DNA of 64,000 nt from the human T2T-CHM13v2.0 reference genome, Homo sapiens (GCF_009914755.1 NC_060936.1), one strand, 5' to 3'; positions 31,292 through 43,494 are shown, counted from the first letter of the stretch. The notes: a model not told the origin generated them from the letters alone. Numbers and translations are program-made.

Positions 31292-31846
31292 TGTATTAGT
31301 CATGGTTCTCTAGACGGACAGGTCTAATAGGATAGATGCATACATGAAAGGAAGTTTACTAAGAAGTATTTACTCATATGATCACAAGGTGAAGTCCCAC
31401 AATAGGCTGTTTGTAAACTGAGGAGCAAGGAAACCAGTCCGAGTCCTAAAATCTCAAAAGTAGGGAAGCTGACAGTGCAGCCTTCAGTTCTATGGCCAAA
31501 GGCCTGAGAGCGCTTGGCAAACCACTGGTGTAGGTTCAGGAGTCAAAAAGCTGAAGAACTTGGAATCCAATATTCGAGGGCAGGAAGCATCCAGCACAGG
31601 AGAAAGATGGGGGCCAGAAGACTTAGCCAGTCTAGTCCTTCCATGTTCCTCTGCCTGCTTTTATCCTAGCTTCACTTCGCTGGCAGCTGAATAGATGGTG
31701 CCCACCAGATTGAGGATGGGTCTGCCTCTCCCAGTCCACTGACTCAACTGTTAATCTCCTTTGGCAACACCCTCACAGACACACCCAGGAACAATACTTT
31801 GCATCCTTCAATCCGATCATGTTGACACTCAATATTAACCATCACA
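31292..31846 (-). mobile_element. MLT2A-type solo LTR
   Basis: Reverse-complement similarity to 18188-18756; ends AATATTAACCATCACA. Confidence 0.9.
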
Positions 31847-32647
31847 AATGAACTATAAATGAATTCAATAAACTAAAAATGAATGAGCACTTATGCTGCA
31901 CTCGAAATTATGATAAGTGTTACTGAATCTTGCAAGTAATGCATTGCATTGTAAGGAGCTGAAAATTCAATTGTAAATGTAAAATGACATTCATTAAATA
32001 ATCAAATCATAAATAGATGCTATCATATATAGGGATAACTATAATAATATTTAAAAAGAGTATGGAGAAGTGATGCCAAGTTTGGCTACTGTAGCAAGAC
32101 AGTGGTAATTCTGGGGAGATACGAATGGAATCTTAAATATTGGTAGGATTTAGAACTAGATTCAAAGAGAATGTATCAGGTATAATTAAAATCAACGTGT
32201 TAAGCCTATACTGTGCAAGATGAATGGATGCAGTGAGACATCTCATCTGGTTTCACAGAGATTACAATTTGGAGAGTGATAGAAAGCCCAATTTGCTAAA
32301 TAGGAAATTGGGAAGTAACAAAATCTCTTAAGAAAGAAGTGACATGATTAAAATAGTGTTTGAGAAAGATAAATCTGGAAGCTTAAAAAGTAAATGCTGA
32401 GGAGAAAAAGTAAATCAGATAGGATTTTTAAAAAATAACGTTCAAGTTGAGTTGAGTAGGTACCGAATCTGGATTATCAGTGTAGTAGTGAAAATATAGA
32501 AAAAAGGGGAAACCCGGGGTTAATTATGAAGCACTATATTAAAAATGTTATATGAGAAAGTAGAAAACATAGTGTTACCACTTACAGAAGTTTGATAACT
32601 AGCCTATTAATAAAAAAGCCTATTAATAAATGTCACCAGTAGGCAAT

Positions 32648-33013
32648 TGTATTAGTCTATCCTCACACTGCTATAAAGATATACCTGAGATTGGGTAATT
32701 TATAAAGAAAGAGGTTTAATTTACTCACAGTTCTGTATGGTTGGAGAGGCATAAGGAAACTTACAATCATGGCAGAAGGTGAAGGGGAAGCAAGTACCTT
32801 CTTCACACCGTGGCATGAGAGAGAGATAGTGAGGGGGAAACTGCCACAGACTTTTAAACCATCAGATCTTGTGAGAAGTCACTCACTATCACAAGAACAG
32901 CATGGGGGAAACCACCCCATGATCCAATCACTCCCACCACTTCCCTCCCTCAACACACAAGGATTACAATTTGAGATGAGATTTGAGTGGGGACACAGAG
33001 CCAAACCATATCA
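32648..33013 (-). mobile_element. MaLR solo LTR (MST-type)
   Basis: TGTATTAGTC...CCAAACCATATCA; TSD GCAAT at 32643-32647 and 33014-33018. Confidence 0.9.
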
Positions 33014-33049
33014 GCAATGCAGATGTGTGTGTGTGTGTGTGTGTGCATG

Positions 33050-33282
33050 TAAGCTTATCATGTGTGGCCTTTATTGTGTTGAGGTATAGGTATATTTCTT
33101 CTCCACATGTTTTTTTGAGAGTTTTTATTATATTATTAAAAGATGTTTGATTTTGTCAAATTTTTTTTCTGCATCTATTGAGATGATCATATGGTTTATG
33201 TTCTTCATTATGTTAATATAGTATACCATATTTATAGATTTGTGTTTGTGTGTTTGCACTCTGGGATAAATTTCACTTGATC
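33050..33282 (-). mobile_element. Old L1M ORF2 fragment
   Basis: GCATCTATTGAGATGATCATATGG (antisense IISIDAEK region). Confidence 0.7.
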
Positions 33283-34803
33283 AACTTCTATGGATTTATC
33301 TACAGAGGACATAACTTCTGATGATGCTGTTGTACTCACCTGTTCAACCGAAGAAACAGGGTTCCCATCGGGGAATGCAAGAAGTGGAAAGGCATGTACT
33401 GGATAAGCTGCTAATGTGGCCTGGATTTAGATTTTCTTCCCTCTTCCCAAACTGGCTGAACTACATTGTTCTTGGTAGTTTCTAATCCTTTTTTCTCAGA
33501 GTCAACCAGGAGACCTGGGTCTATGCTAAATTGTCTTCCTGACAGCATGGCTTGGAAGTCGTCTAAACTGCAATCAGTACTGTCAAGATAATCCAACAAC
33601 TCAACCTTTCCCAAAAGATTGATGTTATCATTCAAAATGGAATCCATCATGGTCACTGGATCTTCTGAGGTCAGACTGGATGAGCCATTTAGCTGGACAG
33701 CACTAGACATGAGAGGGTTGCTGCCATCACTGCCTGAACTTAGGGATTCTCTGGCTGGTTCACTCTGCTCTCCACTCTGAATGGCAGGTGCATACTCATC
33801 TTCATTGTCATCTTCAAAGACGACAATATCAGGGTACTGGCTACAATTGGAGGGATCAGACATAACATCCTGGAGAGATATATATACACATATACATATA
33901 TGATATATGGATATGATATAATATCCCAGTTTCCCAGTTTCTGGAATAACTGGGATATTTTCTTCATTTGCATTATCATCAGTAACATTGTAAATAATGA
34001 TGTCATCTGAAATCATCTCCCTTGGCTTTAAACCTTCAGTCCTACTGTGTGGAACTTTATGATGGTGATTATCAGTAGGTTCTCTGACTATGTGCTGAAA
34101 CAGATTCTTCTTTTGGGCTCCATTGGTGTTTAAAGTACAGGACTTTTACATTTTAAACTCACAAGTTGGTTATTTTGAACCAATGCAACAGTAAACTGGA
34201 CAATCTTTCGAATAACTTGTTCCTGTTGTGCATGCTTTGCTCATAATTCTGACATCTCCTTCCAAAGGGACTCATTCTCACTTTTTAATTCAGAAATCCT
34301 GTACTCAATAGTTTCCTGTTTTATTGAAACCTTCTGAGCACTACTTATAATTTTTTTTTAAATTCTTCCTGAAGAATTTTTTTTTATTCTGGTTTTGAAG
34401 ATGAAACCTTCCTTTTAATGTTCTCCAACAAGTCATCCTGTCCTTGTTTGAAGTAAGGATGCTGAAATTCTACAGGACCATCTCTTTCCTGCTTTACAAT
34501 TTCAGAGTCGATATGTACTGCTTTATGGAAATCATACATATTCAGTTGCTCACAAAGCTTGCCATGTTATTGTGCTTGAAATATTTGGGAAGAATTTCTT
34601 TTGCAAATCGTTGCTCATCCAAGACCAGAAAACTTTGGCCATTCTGGTTCCAGGCAATGAATTCCTTAGTGTGGGTTTCCTCCACAAGAGTCCACAGCTT
34701 GCTGAGGAAAGTTGGCAGTTCAAACTCTGCTTCCTTGTTAACAGGTGCACAGGGATTCCAAATTCTACATCCAAATGCGGTGGTAGCATCGGCGGCAGCG
34801 ACC
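33279..34803 (-). pseudogene. Processed pseudogene of heat shock transcription factor 2 (HSF2-beta splice form), 3'-truncated
   Basis: Intronless; HSF DNA-binding-domain remnants ([20 protein letters not shown]) and ORF 33411-34016 with ISDDIIIY..., DSILNDNINLLGKVELLDYLDS, GLETTKNNVVQPV; start ATG>AGG at 34735-34733; frameshifts. Confidence 0.92.
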
Positions 34804-35155
34804 GGAATAATTTATTAAAGATTCAGTTGTTGGACCAACTGGATGTCATTACTTTAGAAAGGTGAGTAACTGTCATCCAGGATATAATCTGTGCTCTTCA
34901 TTAGCGACAAATATATGAAACAATTACAGGTCCAAGTACAAGGGGTCAAAATGGGATTGTCAGCCACCACTGTAAAACCTATCAACTCACTCTCAATTTT
35001 TTTTTGCTGGATGCCTGCATGACATTTGTCCCTGCTGAATGAATATTCTTACTGCTTAACGGAGAGATAATTTTACTAGGGGAACACAACAATTGATAAA
35101 ATGAGCTCTAAATTCAGTCTCCTTACTGAATTTACATTCATTTTGCTGAACCAAC

Positions 35156-36299
35156 TGAGAGGTGAAGCTGGCTGGGCTTCTGGGTGGGGTGGGGACTTGG
35201 AGAGCTTTTCTGTTTAGCTAAAGGATTGTAAACACCCCAATCAGCACTCTGTGTCTAGGTAAAGGTTTGTAAATGCACCAATCAGCACTCTGTAAAAACG
35301 GACCAATCAGCACTCTGAAAAATGGACCAATCAGTGCTCTGTAAAATGGACCAATCAGCAGGACGTGGGTGAGGCCAAATAAGGGGATAAAAGCAACCCG
35401 CTAGATTCCCCTTCCACCCTGTGGAAGCTTTGTTTTTCAGCTTAGCAACAAATCTTGCTGCTGCTCACTCTTTGGGGCCCTGCTGCCCTTATGAGCTGTA
35501 AAATTCACCACCAAGGTCTGCAGCTTCACTCCTGAAGCAAGCGAGACTACAAACCCACCCGAAGGAAGAACAGCTCTGGAGGTGCCACCTTTATGAGCTG
35601 TAACACTCATTGCAAAGGTCTGCAGCTTCACTCCTTTTTGTTTTTTTTTCTTTTCTTTTTTTGTTTTTGTTTTTTAATTATTATTAGACTTTAAGTTCTA
35701 GGGTACATGTGCGCAACGTGCAGGTGTGTTACATATGTATACATGTGCCATGTTGGTGTGCTACACCCATTAACTCATCATTTACATTAGGTATATCTCC
35801 TAATGCTATCTGTCCCCCCCGCCACCTCAGGACAGGCCCCGGTGTCTGATGTTCCCCACCCTGTGTCCAAGTGTTGCAGTTGTTCAATTCCCACCTATGA
35901 GTGAGAACGTGCGGTGTTTGGTTTTCTGTCCTTGCCATAGTTTGCTGAGACTGATGGTTTCCAGCTTCATCCGTGTCCCAACAAAGGACATGAACTCATC
36001 CTTTTTTATGACTGCATAGTATCCCATGGTGTATATGTGCCACATTTTCTTAATCCAGTCTATCATTGATGGACATTTGGGTTGGTTCCAAGTCAGCGAG
36101 ACCACAAACCCACCGGGAGGAACGAACAACTCCAGACATGCCACCTTTAAGAGATTTTAAGAGCTGTAACTCACTTTTGAAGTCAGTGAGACCACAAACC
36201 CACCAGAAGGAAGAAACTCCGGACACATCTAAATATCTGAAGGAACAAACTCCGGACACACCACCTTTAAGAACTTTAACACTCACCGGAAGGAACCAA
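35156..36299 (+). mobile_element. LTR12 (HERV9) solo LTR, interrupted by L1
   Basis: TGAGAGGTGAAGCTGGCTGGGCTTCTGGG start, five CCAATCAG repeats 35237-35358, GGGGATAAAAG box, repeated CAGCTTCACTCCTGAAG/GAGACCAC units. Confidence 0.9.
35635..36093 (-). mobile_element. 5'-truncated L1PA 3' end nested in LTR12
   Basis: T-rich tail, 3'UTR and ORF2 C-terminus ([16 protein letters not shown]). Confidence 0.92.
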
Positions 36300-36829
36300 C
36301 AGTTCTTTAAATTATTTTGAACTATATACAGGGACTGATGAGAAGTTACTAACTTAATACATGACACCTGAATAAACAACTTTAAAGCAATTAAAATTAC
36401 AATATAAACCCAACTTTAGATCCAGTTAATCATGTGGCCTTTACTTGATGGATTAGAGGGCGTTTGTTGGATTTTTGCCCATATCATGGTCGTGCTGTTC
36501 TATCTTCCTTCTCAATTACTATTGAGAAAATATAGTTTAAAAAGTCATCAAGGAGAGATTTGGGTGAATAGAATTCTGAAAGTAAATATGAAATTAACTT
36601 TATGATTAGGACTCAAAATTTTCCTACAAATGGCATTATGAACCACAACATTTCCTTTCATATCTATTTCTACTTGCTTATCAAAAACTGTGCTGTAATG
36701 ATAAATTGAAAATGCTGCTTTTTCAGTGAAGAAATTAAAATTAAAAGATCCTTGTGATTTTTCCTAAAGAATGTCTCATATGTACTTTAAATACTCTTAG
36801 GCTTTTTAAAAAAATATAGAATCTCTGAG

Positions 36830-37534
36830 GTCTTCATGGATCTTGCTTTTAGATCCTAGAAGTCTTATTAATTAATTGACTTGTGTTCTTCTCTCCCAGA
36901 GGTACTGTCTCCCAGAACATAGAGGAAATCTCAATACTGTAATTATATGAAAAAGCTGTAGCAAAACCGAAGCCCTCGTGGATAACTGCTGTTGATATTT
37001 TGGCAGTATTCAGAGATGCCAAAGAGCTCAAGACCTCTACTTGCATATCCATGGCAATCTATCCTCTTGCCTTGAAAGCATACAAGTTTCTGAGAATTCA
37101 GGATAGATAATATCTTGTGGATTGATTCCTCAGGTTCACTTTGCTTATCTATAGATTTTTGTTCCTGGAATCACTTCAGTTTTGGCAGAACATGATTTGA
37201 AAAATTCACCTTGACTCTCTTCTAAAAAGGACTATAAAACTTTTCAGGAAATCAACTACTGAAAAAAAGACTTTTTAAAATAGAGCAATGAGGCACATAA
37301 GCCACATTTATCTATGGGAAGAATCTAAAACTGTAATAATAAATGTAGATTTGTGGGGAATGATTCATTTTATTTCAAAGTAATTATTTTTCAGTACTTA
37401 TAATTATGACAGTCATTAATTAACTTTATGTTTATCCTTTCTAGAATTAAAACAATAAACAGACAAAAACATTGGAACTCTGCTGATTGATTTTTACCAG
37501 AATCTGACAAGTTACTAAACAATACAAGGTAAAA
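36830..37534 (+). promoter_or_regulatory. Putative promoter/first non-coding exon of OR9K2
   Basis: TAATTAATTGAC at 36869-36880, O/E-like TCCCAGAGG at 36894-36902, candidate donor AAG|GTAAAA at 37528/37529; paralogous to the 23.1-23.8 kb module. Confidence 0.55.
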
Positions 37535-38409
37535 GTAACTTAAAACCTGTAAGTTTTTGAAAAATAAGTCACAAACTGACTACTTGTTGTTGGCTTCTGC
37601 GGGAATAACTCCCTTTTCCAGGTAAAAAATGTCATCAGCAATGCATTTATTAACATTTATAATGTTACAATGTTTATAACATTTATGATATAAATTTATT
37701 TTAATAAATTTGTTTTTTTACATTCTCTGATTCCACATACTCATTATCATTCAGCTTTTTTCTACGTAATAATATGTATTGAATTATTGTCATTCACTAG
37801 ATTCAGAACATTATGTTGACAATACGCAGCAAACAAGCTGAGTTTGATGTTAAGGATATTATTGTCAAGTGAGGAATAATTACTATTAATAATAATATTA
37901 AATTATAATGTTGAAATGAGTTTGATAGAAATACATCTTAGAAATTAAAATAATCTGTTTTGCTTCTAGATGAGAATAAAACGAAGATAAATGATATATA
38001 TTATTTTTCAAAAAATGATTTTTCATGCTGACTTCAGTCAGCTTTCTTTCACTTCTTAAATGTCTCACATCTTTCCAGACCCTAAGTGCAATCTAATGTA
38101 AGCTCTTACTACTTCTTAATTACTTACATATTTAATTTTTGATAAAACGGGTGAATATTTTATTTTCAACATTTAATACAGTCTTAAATAATGATAACAT
38201 CTTATGCAGCTTTTCTCTTAATAATCTTTTTTCTCAGGCAAAATATTCCATTTCTCCAAGAGTTCTTCATCTCTCTAAACTTTTAACAGATTGATTCTTC
38301 CCCTCAACTGAGAATGTTTTGTCCAAAAACGACCATATATATTATTGGTTTTCAACCTAATAAGCACTATTTGGTATGAATAGTGGGACTGAGCACTGAA
38401 ACGTATAAT

Positions 38410-38655
38410 AAAAATAATGGCTAACATTTACTGAATACTTAGTTTACCATAAATGGTGCTAAGTGATTTACATACGTATGTCATTTTCTATTCCCAAGAA
38501 AACTTTGAGGGCTCTTATTTCCACTTTATATATGAGAATACAGTAGCATAGAGAGAGAGCATAAGTAACTTGTCCAAGATCTCATTTAGAAAGTGAGAGA
38601 AGCAGAACTGGAGCCTAGATTTATTTAAACCTAAAACCCATACTAACCACTGCAG
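38410..38655. mobile_element. MIR
   Basis: AAGTAACTTGTCCAAGATC...CTGGAGCCTAGA core-like sequence. Confidence 0.65.
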
Positions 38656-39009
38656 TATTGGATGGATAGTTTTTATATTTTTCTCTGTTTCTGCATGATC
38701 ATTATCATTCAACTTTTATCTATAATAAATATGTATTAACTGCCATTTACCAGACACATAACGTTATGCTGACAATATATGGAGAACAAATTGAATTTTG
38801 TCTTAAGTTATTGTCAAGTGAAGAATAATTAATATGTAATCTCAATATTAAAATATGGTGGCAGTTGGTCTCTTCAAATTATTTTTGGATGAGATGTTTT
38901 GACCCAGGTTGAAGAATTAGAGATTTTATTTGGAAATATGAAATTTTAACTACACTCTAAAGTACAAGCAGAAGTAAGGTAGGGGAACAGGAAGGGTCCT
39001 TTATTTAAA

Positions 39010-39285
39010 GTTGATATAGTACAGTGATTAATCATTAATGATGATTAAAAGCATGGATTCTGGAGCCAGTTTTCCTGGCTTCAAATCTTGATTCTGACTC
39101 AAGTAAGTGAATTTCAGCAGACTTCATTTCTCTGTACCTCAATTTACTCATCTGTAAACTTGGGAATATAATAATAACCACCTAATGTTATTATTGAATG
39201 GATTAAATGAGCTACTATGAAAGCATTTAGAAAAGTGTCTGGCACATAAAAAGTGCCATATACATATTTGTTATTATTGTTGCCT
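39010..39285. mobile_element. MIR
   Basis: CTCTGTACCTCAATTTACTCATCTGTAAA...GTGTCTGGCACATA. Confidence 0.7.
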
Positions 39286-39529
39286 AGACAGAATCATGCA
39301 CATAAAGCCCTTAGGACAGAGAAAGAGTGGCTTGTATTGTTAACATACGAAGTTAAAAAATCTATTTGAGCAGTAATGAGTTAATAATGGCTACAAAAGT
39401 TGTATTCAGGGCAAATAAAAGTGTAATCAGCAATGCCCCCATATGTATCCTTTGCAGTATTAATTCCTAAAGTAACTCTTTTATCTGTGGAAGAGTTCTA
39501 CTGTAGATCTCTTTTTAAAGAACTGCAAG

Positions 39530-39735
39530 TCACATGGACACATAGAGGGGAAAAACACACACTGGAGCCTTTTGCAGGGTGGAAGGTGGGAGGAGGGAGA
39601 GGATCAGGAAAAATAACTAATGGGTACTAGGCTTAATACCCTGGTGATTAAATGATCTGTACAGCAAAACCCCATGACACAAGTTTACCTATGTGACAAA
39701 CGTGCACTTGCACCCCTGAACTTAGAAGTTAAAGA
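39530..39735 (+). mobile_element. Old L1PA 3' end
   Basis: CACATGGACACATAGAGGG...ACTAATGGGTACTAGGCTTAATACC. Confidence 0.8.
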
Positions 39736-40450
39736 TCTCCAAGTCTTGGGATCAAGAAATGAAGGGAAGTTTTCTTTATGAAAGTGCTTTGATGGCCCAT
39801 CTGGGACAGAAATTCTTGAATATGAGTAGTAATAATTTTGTGCTTGGTTGCACACACCTTTTATCTTAGTGGGTACATAACTTCCATCAGAATCCAGTTT
39901 CCATGACTTGTGAAAGGTAATTGCACTTCTCAAGTAGGCTTTTTTTTTTAACTCAGTCACTTCCTTTATATTTGTTGGTACTCCAAATTAAGTCTCTGTT
40001 TTCCTAAACTTGACTACTAAAACCCCAAATATCTCCCAACCCAAACTAACTAATGTGCTTCCCAAAGTCGTTTTTAAAATTAATTGTGCTCTCTTCCAGT
40101 CACTGCTTCATGATGTTGAAGTTATTGTGTGAATCATGAGTGGGAAATGTATAAAGAAGTGATACTTGGAAATGTGAAAGGCATTTGGGTAGAAAGGCAT
40201 TGTATTAGATGCAGAGGCAAAAAACCTAACTCTAACACTTAAAGAACTAAGAAATGCAACTAATCTTTGGTTTCAACAGCAATTGATTGGCTTTAAGTCA
40301 CAGTATACTTATGAGGCAAAAATTAATAATAACATTAATTTAAAAATAGCTTTGTAAATCCTAATACCATAAGAGATTATTTGTAATGCTAGGATCCAAA
40401 CCAAGAGTTCATTTGTATATTTGCCCTGTGCCTCTCAACAGGTTTCTACC

Positions 40451-41392
40451 ATGGGTGACAGGGGAACAAGCAATCACTCAGAAATGACTGACTTCATTCT
40501 TGCAGGCTTCAGGGTATGCCCAGAGCTCCACATTCTCCTCTTCCTGCTATTTTTGTTTGTTTATGCCATGATCCTTCTAGGGAATGTTGGGATGATGACC
40601 ATTATTATGACTGATCCTCGGCTGAACACACCAATGTATTTTTTCCTAGGCAATCTCTCCTTCATTGATCTTTTCTATTCATCTGTTATTGCACCCAAGG
40701 CTATGATCAACTTCTGGTCTGAAAACAAGTCTATCTCCTTTGCAGGCTGTGTGGCCCAGCTCTTTCTCTTTGCCCTCCTCATTGTGACTGAGGGATTTCT
40801 CCTGGCGGCCATGGCTTATGACCGCTTTATTGCCATCTGCAACCCTCTGCTCTACTCTGTTCAAATGTCCACACGTCTGTGTACTCAGTTGGTGGCTGGT
40901 TCCTATTTTTGTGGCTGCATTAGCTCAGTTATTCAGACTAGCATGACATTTACTTTATCTTTTTGCGCTTCTCGGGCTGTTGACCACTTTTACTGTGATT
41001 CTCACCCACTTCAGAGACTGTCTTGTTCTGATCTCTTTATCCATAGAATGATATCTTTTTCCTTATCATGTATTATTATCTTGCCTACTATCATAGTCAT
41101 TATAGTATCTTACATGTATATTGTGTCCACAGTTCTAAAGATACACTCTACTGAGGGACATAAGAAGGCCTTCTCCACCTGCAGCTCTCACCTGGGAGTT
41201 GTGAGTGTGCTGTATGGTGCTGTCTTTTTTATGTATCTCACTCCTGACAGATTTCCTGAGCTGAGTAAAGTGGCATCCTTATGTTACTCCCTAGTCACTC
41301 CCATGTTGAATCCTTTGATTTACTCTCTGAGGAACAAAGATGTCCAAGAGGCTCTAAAAAAATTTCTAGAGAAGAAAAATATTATTCTTTGA
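40451..41392 (+). CDS. OR9K2: Olfactory receptor 9K2 (313 aa from MGDRGTSNHS)
   Basis: Intact 7TM OR: N-glycosylation site [50 protein letters not shown]; Kozak ACCATGG; acceptor CTCTCAACAG at 40432-40441. Confidence 0.93.
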   Translation: MGDRGTSNHSEMTDFILAGFRVCPELHILLFLLFLFVYAMILLGNVGMMTIIMTDPRLNTPMYFFLGNLSFIDLFYSSVIAPKAMINFWSENKSISFAGCVAQLFLFALLIVTEGFLLAAMAYDRFIAICNPLLYSVQMSTRLCTQLVAGSYFCGCISSVIQTSMTFTLSFCASRAVDHFYCDSHPLQRLSCSDLFIHRMISFSLSCIIILPTIIVIIVSYMYIVSTVLKIHSTEGHKKAFSTCSSHLGVVSVLYGAVFFMYLTPDRFPELSKVASLCYSLVTPMLNPLIYSLRNKDVQEALKKFLEKKNIIL

Positions 41393-42669
41393 TTATTATT
41401 TCTCTTTCACCAATTTTATTGTGGCTATTTATTTAATACACCTGTGTTCATTAATAAAAGTTACTCTCCCGAATGTCATAAAAATACTCTTAGATGTTTT
41501 CATGTGATGTGCTCTTTCCATATTTTACTTTTTTACCTCCCAAGACATCATTAATTCTGAAAATCTTGGATATTGGAGATATCCTGGACATTAGAGAAGT
41601 ATTTTCATGATAAACCCTCTCACTGGTCTTCAACATTTTATTTCACAGAATTTATATCTATTGATTCTTGTGGCATAATGTAGAACAATATTTTGTATTT
41701 TGTTATAGTGCTTCAGCAAGATTTTATCTGGTGTTTGTCTTTGGGATTGCCCATCCCTCCTACACACAATCATGGGTAGTTGACAAAGATGCCCAGATTA
41801 TTTTTAAATAAAATATGTCTTTAATTTTATAGCTAGTTTCATTAGCATGCTAAATGAGTATTCAGTTTTCACCTTATGTGTGCTAGATAGGAAGTACTAA
41901 TAATAAGAAACAAACTATAAGTAATCTTTATACATTAATTTGGAAAATGTTGTGCTTCATTATTGTGGAGTGCTCTAAGGTACTGCTAGTTGCTGAATCC
42001 CAGTGCAAAGAACTAAAATAGGAAATAGAGATCTTCAAACATTTTGATCAATCATGCCCTCAATTTTGATCTTCATGATTTTGTCTTGTGTTAATAATTG
42101 ATAAGGAATAGTTAATAAAGGTATAGAATCAGGGAAGTCATCAAAACGGATTATGATCCAAAATTTACTTATCTATGCCTCTTAATATAGGTATATATTT
42201 GATTAATCTTATTGAATATCTGTATAATATGTTCTGGCCTTACAGTGGGCTCAGGGATAAATAACCTCATTCTTTTGAAAGTTTAAAAGTTAGTGAGATA
42301 GTGAAATCCTTGGGCATAAAACCAAAATCCAGACATTTTGCCAAAGGTACTCATAGAGATCACAAAGTGGGGTGCCTGAAAGAAGGTGGTTGGTAATCAG
42401 AGAAACCCTTCTTGGGCTGCATGGAACATTGAGCAAAGGGGGATTAGATTGAAGTCAGGAAACCTGCTGCAGTGGTTTATAATATTGATGTGGGCTCAAT
42501 GGTATGTCGATATTAATGAACAAAGGCAGATTTTTTCAACTGCAGGTAAAAGACCCAAAATATATTAACTGACTAGTATGAAGAGAATGTACAAAAGATG
42601 GTATGTTAGCCCATTTTTGAAATTGAGTGTGTGCATGGTCATGGTCTGAATAGATAAAAAGTATAGGAG

Positions 42670-43490
42670 CTCTCAGAAAACCTGAAATAAAGGGGGAACT
42701 TTCTTGCCTTGATGAACATGTATGAAAAACCTACAGTGAACATTTTAAATGACAAGAAACTAGAAGCTTTCCTACTATTATCAGGAAAAATGCAAGGATG
42801 CCTTCTCTCACCACACCTTTTCAATATTTTAATGGAAGTGCTAGCCAATGCAACAAAATGAGAAAAGGAAATAAAAGTGTTATGGGTTGAATGGTATTCC
42901 CTCAAAATTCATGTGTTGAAGCCCTAAACCCTAGTACTTCAGAATGTGACTTTAATTAGTGATAGGGTCTTCAAAGATGTAATTGAGTTAAAATAAGGCT
43001 GTAAGATAAATCCTAATTCAGTATCATTTGTGTCCCTATAGAAAGAGGAGATTAGGGCACACAGAGGGACACCAGGGGTGCATGTGCACAGAACATCAGT
43101 CATGTGAAGAATCAACAAGAGGGCAGCCATCTGCAAGCTAAGGAAAGAGGGCTCAGAGAAGAACAACTCTGCTGACACCTTGATCTTGGACTTCCAGCCT
43201 CTATCACTAAGAAAATTAATTTCTGTTGTTTAAGAACCCAGTGTGTGGTGTTTTGTTATGGGATCTCCAGCAAATTCATACAAATAGGTCTATAAATTGG
43301 AAAAGAAGAGAAAACGTTCCTTGTTTGCAGATAACATATCTATGTAGAAAATTAAAAATAATAAACCCTTCTGAAACTAATAAGTGGTTACAGCAGAGTT
43401 GCTGTATATAAGGTTAATATACAAATGCCAATTTCTTTTTTACATACCAGCAATGAATATTTGGATTTTAAAATTAAGAAAATGACTGTG
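42670..43490 (+). mobile_element. Old L1M ORF2 fragment split by an MLT1 LTR
   Basis: KLEAFLL/QGCLLSP-like and LFADN-like remnants on either side of 42878-43282. Confidence 0.65.
42878..43282 (+). mobile_element. MLT1-type MaLR LTR
   Basis: TGTTATGGGTTGAAT...CCTTGATCTTGGACTTCCAGCCT...ATACA. Confidence 0.85.
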
Positions 43491-43494
43491 TAGG

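Noticed and set aside
33411-34016. 201-aa ORF as a functional HSF2-like gene
   Set aside because: The parent start codon is mutated, upstream domains are frameshifted and there is no evidence of expression; kept only as a pseudogene remnant
40421-40450. ORF-track start MPCASQQVST for OR9K2
   Set aside because: TTG start inside the splice-acceptor tract; the paralog-aligned ATG is at 40451
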